Source: an uncultured delta proteobacterium (GTDB lineage: Bacteria; Desulfobacterota; Syntrophia; Syntrophales; UBA2185). From it: a DNA stretch of 64,000 nt. Numbering within the stretch: position 1 is the first letter of the stretch; every line of letters starts with the position of its first letter. The position numbers and the translations under genes were made by a program. Location of the stretch: positions 1,329,039 through 1,393,038 of the forward strand of contig OY970063.1 of assembly GCA_963705275.1 (NCBI GenBank). Reading direction: 5' to 3'. Of the stretch, positions 44,011 to 51,875 are shown piece by piece. Under the pieces are notes generated by a model. That model did no database searches. It had not been told where the DNA came from and saw only the letters and a list, made by a program, of their open reading frames with translations.

Positions 44011-45225
44011 ATGAAACGAAGGGTCGTTATTACCTCTATGGGTATTCTTTCATCTCTGGGCCATGAGTACGGGGAGATTATAAAGAATTTCAAAGAGAGA
44101 AACGTAAATTTTGAAAGGCCTGACTTTGACGGCGAAGTCGTTATCTCGCCCATCAGAAAATTCAACATCCGGGACTATACGGGTCCCTTCAAGGATGGCC
44201 GTTATCTAAACCGCGGCTCTCAGTTTGCCGTTGCCTCCGCCATCACAGCGATAAAGGATTCAGGCTGCAAAAAGAGCAATCTGGCGGAAGCAGGACTCTT
44301 TGTCGGCGCCGGTCCGAATCTCAATATCGGCGGCGAATTCCCGGATATAAAAGGAGGAGAAATCGACCGGGATGACCTTCAGGCCTTGTGGATCCTGAGA
44401 TTTCTGCCCAACACCGCCGCATCCGTTATCGCAAAGCTTTCAGATATACACGGCGAGAACCTCACGGTATGCACTGCCTGTGCAGCCTCCTTGCAGGCAA
44501 TCGGAGAGGCATTTCGCAAGATAAAGAACGGCTATCTTGATCGCGCCCTTGCCGGTGGCGGTGATTCTCGCCTTAGTCCGGGGGGGATTCTGGCCTACAA
44601 GAAGGCAAGCGCCCTCTATAAGGGTGATAGCAAACCCGATGCCGCAAGCAGGCCCTTTGATTGCAGCCGGTGCGGCTTTGTCCCCGGGGAAGGAGGGGCA
44701 TTTTTTCTACTGGAGGAATTGGAAGAGGCGCAAGAACGTGGGGCGCGGATATACGGCGAGATCTGTGGTTATGGAAGCTCCATGGACGCGTCCAGCATGA
44801 CGGCCCCGGAAGGTACAGGGAAATGGGGGAGGATGGCCGTGCTTTCCGCTTTACAGGAGGCGGAGCTATCTCCCTCAGAGATTGACGTGATTTCCACACA
44901 CGGAACAGGAACCCTCCTCAACGATGAAGGAGAGGCCAACCTCATAAATGAAATCTACAGTGGCTGCAATCCCCAGGTCATTGCACTCAAATCCTGGATA
45001 GGCCACGCGGCCTCCGCCTGCGGGGCTCTGGAGCTTGCCCTCTCACTAATCTTGATGCAGGAGAATTATATCCCCGAGATCAGAAACCTGGAGGACCCGT
45101 GCTGCAGCAAAATCAATTTTGTTCGAAACGGGGGAACTTTTTCATTTGGCACGTGCCTCATTGAAAATTTCGGGTTCGGGGGACAAAATGGCGCCATCAT
45201 CGTGAAACGGCATGAAGAGGTTTGA
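44011..45225 (+). CDS. Beta-ketoacyl-ACP synthase, FabF/FabB type (Cys-His-His)
   Basis: 404 aa with the active-site Cys in LTVCTACAASLQAIGEA and the two His in ISTHGTGT and WIGHAASACGALE. The C-terminus has NFGFGGQNGAIIV. The start abuts the upstream stop. Confidence 0.85.
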   Translation: MKRRVVITSMGILSSLGHEYGEIIKNFKERNVNFERPDFDGEVVISPIRKFNIRDYTGPFKDGRYLNRGSQFAVASAITAIKDSGCKKSNLAEAGLFVGAGPNLNIGGEFPDIKGGEIDRDDLQALWILRFLPNTAASVIAKLSDIHGENLTVCTACAASLQAIGEAFRKIKNGYLDRALAGGGDSRLSPGGILAYKKASALYKGDSKPDAASRPFDCSRCGFVPGEGGAFFLLEELEEAQERGARIYGEICGYGSSMDASSMTAPEGTGKWGRMAVLSALQEAELSPSEIDVISTHGTGTLLNDEGEANLINEIYSGCNPQVIALKSWIGHAASACGALELALSLILMQENYIPEIRNLEDPCCSKINFVRNGGTFSFGTCLIENFGFGGQNGAIIVKRHEEV

Positions 45226-45246
45226 GTATCCCATTGTTTCCGTGTC

Positions 45247-45732
45247 ATGATAGAAAGTTATTTTATGGAAACACATACTATGAACGCAAATATTGTCATC
45301 AATACAGGACTCGCAGGCTTCATAATGCTTGACAGGATACTGGAAGTAAGCGCTTCCAGTATCGTTGGAACAAGACACTTTACCGGTGTGCCCGCCTATT
45401 TGCCTCTGGAGTCCCTTGCCCAGCTTGGCGCATTCCATATCCGTTATATAAGCGGGTTTTCCAGGCACGTCTTTCTTATAAAAATCGTGAGCTGCTCTAT
45501 CCCTCTAAAGATCGCCATGAAGGGAGAATATGTACTATCCGGAAATCTGCTCGGCCGGACGGACTCATCCTTTCGCTCATTTGTGAAAGCGGAAAGGGAC
45601 AAAGAAACAACCGCGGTGGCGGAGCTTCTATACGCCGCAGTTGATTACGATCATAATTTTAAAAAGGGAATATTGCATGACCACTACTCGAAGGTATTTT
45701 CATGTTTGCAGAGAGATTTAAAAACCGGCTGA
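45247..45732 (+). CDS. FabZ/FabA-like hotdog protein (second copy)
   Basis: 161 aa. FIMLDRILEV (compare FabZ FLLVDRVLDF), RHFTG (compare GHFPG) and LPLESLAQLGAF (compare LILEAMAQATG). The start is uncertain, with Met candidates at positions 1, 7 and 12. Confidence 0.55.
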   Translation: MIESYFMETHTMNANIVINTGLAGFIMLDRILEVSASSIVGTRHFTGVPAYLPLESLAQLGAFHIRYISGFSRHVFLIKIVSCSIPLKIAMKGEYVLSGNLLGRTDSSFRSFVKAERDKETTAVAELLYAAVDYDHNFKKGILHDHYSKVFSCLQRDLKTG

Positions 45733-46847
45733 TGCTTCAGCGACAGACGGGGCTATACCGCGAACCGCCAGAAGTGAAAGAGAGAGACGGAAAATACCTC
45801 AATATAGAGGGACGGAGCGTGTTGAATTTCGCCTCCAATGACTACCTGGGGCTTGGCGTGTCCGAGGAACTGCGACGGAGTGCCGCGCGAAATTTTGAGA
45901 GGTATGGAACGTCATCTTCTTCATCGCGCCTGGTGTCAGGAAATTACTCTATAATAAACAAGGCGGAGAAAGAATATGCGTCATATTTCGGTTATGGAGA
46001 TGCCATATTTTTCCCGAGCGGTTACCAGGCCAACTTGGGCATTCTTTCCACCATTCTTGAAAGGGGAGATACGGTAATTTTTGACAAGCATATCCATGCA
46101 AGCTCTGTAAAGGGAATGACGATGAGCGGAGCGAATTTCCTCGGGTACAACCATAACTCCATGCCCCACCTTGCAAAGAGACTGAAAATGTGCGGTCACC
46201 GGCAGGTTGCCGTTCTGACGGAGTCCCTCTTTAGTATGGACGGGGATCTTCTGTATCTGAATGGCCTGGGAGAATTGAAGGACCGTTGCCGTTTCCTGGC
46301 AATCGTCGACGAAGCCCACGCCTTCGGCGCCATAGGTCAAGGAGGGCGCGGTATTGCGGGTTCTGTTGCGGATATTGCCGTTGGAACCTTTGGGAAGGCC
46401 TTCGGTTTTTTCGGCGCCTTCGTTCTTCTTCCTGAGGGATTCAAGGAATACCTCTTTAACTTTTCTTCCCCACTCATTTATACCACGACCCTCCCCGAGG
46501 CTCATGCGGCCACGGCAATAGATATTCTGGAAATTATCGGGCGAAGTGAAGACAGGAGGAGACATCTCAGAGATGCAAGTCAGCTTCTCAAAGAAGGCTT
46601 ACGTCTTGAGGGATTTCGGGTGACCGGTGATGCCCACATACTGGCAATTGAAATCGGTGATGAGACCAAGGCTGTGAATACAGCCCGGAAGCTCCTCGAA
46701 AAAAATATATTTGTCCTTCCAGCCCGCTATCCTACAGTTCCTCTGCATCGGTCCATACTGAGAATAGGTGTAACGGCACTTCATGAAGAGGAGGATATTA
46801 AGACATTCATTGAGCGTATAAGGGCAGCTGGTGAAGAGCTTAAATAA
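45702..46847 (+). CDS. bioF: 8-amino-7-oxononanoate synthase
   Basis: Alpha-oxoamine synthase pattern: NFASNDYLGL, DEAHAFG and the PLP lysine in GTFGKAFG. Confidence 0.85.
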   Translation: MFAERFKNRLMLQRQTGLYREPPEVKERDGKYLNIEGRSVLNFASNDYLGLGVSEELRRSAARNFERYGTSSSSSRLVSGNYSIINKAEKEYASYFGYGDAIFFPSGYQANLGILSTILERGDTVIFDKHIHASSVKGMTMSGANFLGYNHNSMPHLAKRLKMCGHRQVAVLTESLFSMDGDLLYLNGLGELKDRCRFLAIVDEAHAFGAIGQGGRGIAGSVADIAVGTFGKAFGFFGAFVLLPEGFKEYLFNFSSPLIYTTTLPEAHAATAIDILEIIGRSEDRRRHLRDASQLLKEGLRLEGFRVTGDAHILAIEIGDETKAVNTARKLLEKNIFVLPARYPTVPLHRSILRIGVTALHEEEDIKTFIERIRAAGEELK

Positions 46848-47538
46848 GAAGATTGGAAATCTGTTTGTTGTGGGAACCGATACAGGGGTGGGAAAGACTG
46901 TGCTCGCTCTTCTGATGATGCAATTCTTTTTCGCAAGGGGATACAGCCCTTTTTATCTCAAGCCTGTACAGACGGGATGCAGGGATGCAAATGATGCCGA
47001 CAGTGATGCAAGATTCATTTATCGGCATGTCGGACCTTTGAAGGGTAAAGAACCTGCTGAATCAGTAATCTACTGCTTCAATAATCCAAAGGCCCCCCTG
47101 TATGCCGCACGCGATGAGGGACAGTCAATAGATCTATCTAAGATAGAGAGGGTCGTATCCGAGAAGGCCAAGGCCCGCTCCCCCGTAATTCTCGAAGGTG
47201 CGGGTGGCGTGCTTGTCCCTGTAGCGGGAAAGAAACTTATAGTTGACATTATCCGCTTAGTAAATGGAACTCCCGTCATTGCCGCAAGGGCGGGATTAGG
47301 GACAATTAACCATACCCTCCTTACGATCGAAGCCTTGGAGGAAAGGGATCTCAAGCCTCTCGGGGTTGTCTTCATTGATGCCGGAGAAATCGAAACGCCG
47401 CTTGAAATGATCAAGGAAAACAAGTCTGCCATTGAAAGGACTTCGGGCATAAAGGTAGCCGGCGTTGTCGGCAGGATTCATGATTTTTCACGACCACCGC
47501 TTGATTGCTACAAACCATTGGCGAAAATGTTTGGTTGA
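46831..47538 (+). CDS. bioD: Dethiobiotin synthetase
   Basis: 235 aa with the P-loop FVVGTDTGVGKTV, the EGAGG motif (ILEGAGGVLVP) and GTINHTLLT. Its GTG start overlaps the bioF 3' end. Confidence 0.85.
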   Translation: MKSLNKKIGNLFVVGTDTGVGKTVLALLMMQFFFARGYSPFYLKPVQTGCRDANDADSDARFIYRHVGPLKGKEPAESVIYCFNNPKAPLYAARDEGQSIDLSKIERVVSEKAKARSPVILEGAGGVLVPVAGKKLIVDIIRLVNGTPVIAARAGLGTINHTLLTIEALEERDLKPLGVVFIDAGEIETPLEMIKENKSAIERTSGIKVAGVVGRIHDFSRPPLDCYKPLAKMFG

Positions 47539-48023
47539 TTGCGATTCTTCCTGGATAGATGCTGAACATTCTTCAACTGACAAAATATTTCTTGACATCA
47601 CTCGATTAATGATGTAGCCGACATCTCGCAGGTGTGACTAGTAGTCACATAATGACTGCTATTCATCGTGAGAAATGGTTCCATTTCATCTTCTAATCAT
47701 CATTCTTCAAGCGCGGAAACATTTCTTGTCCAGGAATCCAGTTCATGATAGAAACGGTCGCAATTTTCTCGCATTATTAATATTTAAATAATCTTAATAT
47801 TATTTATGAATCTTTTAATATTGATATTTATCAATTAAATGGTGTAAGGTTCGAAACTAAGGTTAAATCCTGACCACCATCATTTCCGCCTAGAGTAAGG
47901 TCTAGCAATACAAAGAAAAAGGCGGATTCCGTTTATACATAAGAATGTTCAGAACATCGTATCGAGAAATTTGAATTTTAATGCCAACATGAAAGATATA
48001 GAAAAGGGAGGTTATTCATAGAC

Positions 48024-50000
48024 ATGGGAGATACAGAAAAGCTTGAATTGAAGGAAGTTTATCCCGTTCCTGATTGGGCGCGCAAGCAAGCGTACATTAA
48101 GAGCAGGGCAGAGTACGAGAAACTATGGAAGCGTTCCATCAAAGAGCCTGACGCTTTCTGGGCGGAGATCGCGACTGAGTATGTGGATTGGTTCAAGAAA
48201 TGGGACAAGGTGGAAGACTATAATTTTGATGTGCAGAAGGGGCCCATTTACGTGAAGTACTTTGAGGGCGGCAAGCTGAACGTCTCGTACAACTGTTTGG
48301 ACAGGCACCTTAAGACTCGTGGGAACAAGATCGCCATCCAGTGGGAAGGCAATGAGCCCACGGAGGACAAGTCCTACACCTACAAGGAGCTGTATACGGA
48401 AGTCTGTAAGTTTGCCAACGTCCTGAAGTCGTTGGGAGTGAAGAAAGGTGACCGGGTATGCTTCTTTCTTCCCATGATCCCCGAGCTTTCCATCGGGATG
48501 CTGGCGTGCTCCAGGATTGGCGCTATCCACAACATAGTATTCGGCGGCTTCAGCGCCGAGTCCTTACGCGACAGAATTCAGGATAGCGAAGCTAAGATAC
48601 TGGTGACCTGCGACGGGACCATGCGGGGTGCCAAGGCAGTTCCGCAGAAGGGCGGTGCGGACGAGGCGCTGAAGACATGTCCCTCCGTCGAGAAATCTAT
48701 CGTGGTTAAAAGGGTAGGCGACAAGATCGCGTGTGAAATGAAGGCAGGCAGAGATATCTGGTGGCATGAAGTGATGGCAAAGGCAAGTGATAAGTGCGAA
48801 CCGGAGTGGATGGATGCAGAAGATCCCCTCTTTATCCTGTACACGTCAGGTTCGACGGGAAAGCCGAAGGGCGTCATGCACACGACAGGCGGGTATCTGG
48901 TGTACGTGGCCTATACACATAAGATGATTTTCGACTACCATGAGAATGACATTTTCTGGTGCACTGCCGACATCGGCTGGGTAACCGGGCATAGTTACAT
49001 TGTGTACGGCCCTCTTTGTAACGGCGCCACGTCGGTGATGTTTGAGGGAGTACCAAATTATCCTGATGTGAGCCGCTTCTGGAAGGTCTGCGAAAAGTAT
49101 AAGGTGACGATTTTTTACACTGCTCCGACGGCCATCCGTGCCATTGCGAAGGAGGGGACAGATTGGGTAAAGAAGGCCAATATATCATCGCTGCGCCTCT
49201 TAGGCACGGTTGGCGAGCCGATTAACCCCGAGGCATGGCACTGGTATCACCACAATATCGGACGTGATGAAGTGCCTATTGTAGATACATGGTGGCAGAC
49301 CGAGACGGGAGGCATTCTCATTACGCCTCTGCCCGGCGCCATTGATCTCAAACCAGGCAAGGCTACAGTCCCCTTTATGGGGGTATATCCAGCCATTATT
49401 GATGAGACCGGCGCGGAGATCACTGCAACGGTTGCCAGCGGGCCCCTCTGTATCAAGAAGCCCTGGCCTGGGATCATGAGGAGGGTCTATGGGGACCCCA
49501 TGAGGTTCCAGGAGACCTACTTTGTGCAGCGCCCCGGATTCTATTACACCGGTGATGGAGCCACCAGGGACGAAGACGGCTATTATCAGCTTATGGGCCG
49601 GATCGACGACGTTATCAATGTCTCCGGGCACAGACTGGGGACGGCGGAAATTGAAAGCGCCCTCGTTGCCCATGAAAAGGTGGCCGAGGCCGCCGTTGTC
49701 GGCTATCCACATGACATCAAGGGACAGTCCATTTACGCATATGTAACTCTCAAGACGGGTGTGCAGAAATCTGACGACTTGAGGAAGGAACTTGTCGCAC
49801 ACGTCAGGAAGCTCATCGGGCCGACTGCCACACCGGAGAAAATCCAGTGGGCCGATGGTTTGCCGAAGACGAGAAGCGGCAAGATCATGAGGAGAATACT
49901 TAGGAAGGTGGCTGCGAATGAGATCAGTGATCTGGGAGATACCACTACCCTGGCAGACCCTTCTGTCGTTGACGATATAGTGAAAAACAGGGTGCTATAG
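48024..50000 (+). CDS. acs: Acetyl-CoA synthetase (AMP-forming)
   Basis: 658 aa with the Acs-specific N-terminus ([16 protein letters not shown]), the AMP-binding motif [34 protein letters not shown] and the C-terminal [14 protein letters not shown]. Confidence 0.92.
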   Translation: MGDTEKLELKEVYPVPDWARKQAYIKSRAEYEKLWKRSIKEPDAFWAEIATEYVDWFKKWDKVEDYNFDVQKGPIYVKYFEGGKLNVSYNCLDRHLKTRGNKIAIQWEGNEPTEDKSYTYKELYTEVCKFANVLKSLGVKKGDRVCFFLPMIPELSIGMLACSRIGAIHNIVFGGFSAESLRDRIQDSEAKILVTCDGTMRGAKAVPQKGGADEALKTCPSVEKSIVVKRVGDKIACEMKAGRDIWWHEVMAKASDKCEPEWMDAEDPLFILYTSGSTGKPKGVMHTTGGYLVYVAYTHKMIFDYHENDIFWCTADIGWVTGHSYIVYGPLCNGATSVMFEGVPNYPDVSRFWKVCEKYKVTIFYTAPTAIRAIAKEGTDWVKKANISSLRLLGTVGEPINPEAWHWYHHNIGRDEVPIVDTWWQTETGGILITPLPGAIDLKPGKATVPFMGVYPAIIDETGAEITATVASGPLCIKKPWPGIMRRVYGDPMRFQETYFVQRPGFYYTGDGATRDEDGYYQLMGRIDDVINVSGHRLGTAEIESALVAHEKVAEAAVVGYPHDIKGQSIYAYVTLKTGVQKSDDLRKELVAHVRKLIGPTATPEKIQWADGLPKTRSGKIMRRILRKVAANEISDLGDTTTLADPSVVDDIVKNRVL

Positions 50001-50016
50001 AAGAAAGGAGGACGAC

Positions 50017-50787
50017 GTGAATATCGTAGCATGTGTAAAGCAGGTTCCGGACACAGAGACCCTTATCAAGGTCAAGCCTGATGGATCGGGCATCGACGAA
50101 ACTGGCATCAAATGGGTGATGAATCCGTATGACGAGTTTGGCGTGGAAGAAGCCCTGAAACTGAAGGAAAAGTTCGGTGGAGATGTTACCATCGTTTCTG
50201 TCGGTCCAGCGAGGGCATTGGAGACTATCAGAACAGCACTTGCCATGGGAGCTGATAAGGGAATACATATAAACGATTCGGCCTTTGAAGGTGCTGATGC
50301 CTATAGCATAGCCTCTGCTTTGGCCGCGGCAATCAAAGGTATTCCACACGACATTATCTTTTGCGGACAGCGGGCCATTGATGACGATGCCGGTCAGGTA
50401 GGTTCCGTCCTTGCAGAATTATTGGGTATCCCCCAGGTAACCTTTGTTACGAAGCTCGACGTGGAAGGTACCTCCATAAAGGTAATAAGACCTATTGAAG
50501 GGGCTCAACTTCTCATTGAAAGTTCGCTGCCATGTGTCGTCACCGCGCAGAAAGGACTGAACGAGCCACGCTATGCATCGCTTCCGGGAATAATGAAGGC
50601 AAAGAAGAAACCTGTCGATGTTAAGGATGCTGCAGGGTTGGGAATAACTGTCGCCCCAAAGGCAAAGGTCGCTAAGACCGTACCCCCTCCTGCCAGGCCT
50701 CCCGGAAAGATTATCTGCGGTGAGGAACCGGCGGAAAAGGCCAGAGAACTGGCGAAACTGCTCAGGGAAGAGGCGAAGGTTATCTGA
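50017..50787 (+). CDS. etfB: Electron transfer flavoprotein, beta subunit
   Basis: 256 aa with a GTG start after AAGGAGG. (M)NIVACVKQVPDTE is the classic EtfB N-terminus, and IIFCGQRAIDDDAGQVG is also present. Confidence 0.9.
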   Translation: MNIVACVKQVPDTETLIKVKPDGSGIDETGIKWVMNPYDEFGVEEALKLKEKFGGDVTIVSVGPARALETIRTALAMGADKGIHINDSAFEGADAYSIASALAAAIKGIPHDIIFCGQRAIDDDAGQVGSVLAELLGIPQVTFVTKLDVEGTSIKVIRPIEGAQLLIESSLPCVVTAQKGLNEPRYASLPGIMKAKKKPVDVKDAAGLGITVAPKAKVAKTVPPPARPPGKIICGEEPAEKARELAKLLREEAKVI

Positions 50788-50841
50788 GAAAGCTTGGTGC
50801 TGAGCTTTCTTAATGATCTCTAATATATGGAGGAAAGTGAA

Positions 50842-51819
50842 ATGGCGAAAGGTGTATGGATCGTGGCGGAGCAGAGATATGGAGCTTACCGCAAGATAAG
50901 TTTTGAACTTGTCAGTGCAGCCAGAAAACTTGCCGATCAGCTCGGGGAAGAAGTGGGCGCCGTCCTGCTTGGTTCCGGGATTGAAGCGATTGCCGGTGAA
51001 TTAGGAAAATATGGTGCAGATAAAGTCTATGTGGCGGATAACGCCCTTTTTGAACCCTACACGACAGACGCACACGCGGCGGCTGTTGCAAAGCTGGTTA
51101 AGGAACAGAATCCTTCTATTCTACTTCTTGGCGCTTCCGCCCAGGGCAAGGATCTATCTTCTCGCCTCGTGGGCAAGCTGGCAACTGGAATGGCAACGGA
51201 CTGCGTTGACTTAAAGATAGCCGATGGCAAATTGATTTCTATAAGACCCATGTACGCCGGGAAATGCAACGGTGAAGTCGTTGTATCCGCATTTCCCCAG
51301 ATGGCGTCGCTCCGGCCGAACGTATTTCCCGCAGTCGAAAATCCTAAAACGGCGGAAGTCGTCAAATTTGACCCGGGTCTGGACGCAAGTCAACTGAAGA
51401 CAAAGGTGCTTGAGATACAGAAGGATACATCCGGCAAGGTCGATCTCACAGAAGCAAACATAATCGTATCCGGAGGACGCGGGATGAAAGGGCCGGAAAA
51501 TTATGTGATAATCGAAGAACTGGCGGACGTTTTGGGAGCCACAGTAGGGGCATCGAGGGCAGCAGTGGATGCCGGGTGGAGACCGCAGAAAGACCAGGTC
51601 GGGCAGACCGGAAAGGTCGTCTCCCCTAATCTTTACATTGCCTGCGGCATTTCCGGGGCGATTCAGCATCTTGCCGGTATGGGCTCTTCCAAGTACATCG
51701 TCGCAATCAATAAGGATCCGGATGCTCCCATTTTCGCAAGGGCTGATTATGGAATTGTGGACGACCTTTTCAAGGTTGTCCCGGAACTGACTAAGGAAGT
51801 CAAAAAACTTCTGGCGTAA
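50842..51819 (+). CDS. etfA: Electron transfer flavoprotein, alpha subunit
   Basis: Start placed at ATG 50842 (GGAGGA 7 nt upstream). The FAD-binding C-terminal domain has IVSGGRGM, ASRAAVDAGW, QVGQTGKVVSPNLYIACGISGAIQH and IVAINKDPDAPIF. Confidence 0.9.
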   Translation: MAKGVWIVAEQRYGAYRKISFELVSAARKLADQLGEEVGAVLLGSGIEAIAGELGKYGADKVYVADNALFEPYTTDAHAAAVAKLVKEQNPSILLLGASAQGKDLSSRLVGKLATGMATDCVDLKIADGKLISIRPMYAGKCNGEVVVSAFPQMASLRPNVFPAVENPKTAEVVKFDPGLDASQLKTKVLEIQKDTSGKVDLTEANIIVSGGRGMKGPENYVIIEELADVLGATVGASRAAVDAGWRPQKDQVGQTGKVVSPNLYIACGISGAIQHLAGMGSSKYIVAINKDPDAPIFARADYGIVDDLFKVVPELTKEVKKLLA

Positions 51820-51875
51820 TGAAACAAACCTGGGGGTGCTGAATCCACCCCCATTTTTTTGTAGCGAGGAGACTT

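Noticed and set aside
47835-47880. ggttcgaaactaagg, resembling a tRNA T-arm.
   Set aside because: The flanking bases provide no complementary T-stem, acceptor stem or anticodon arm, so this is not a tRNA.
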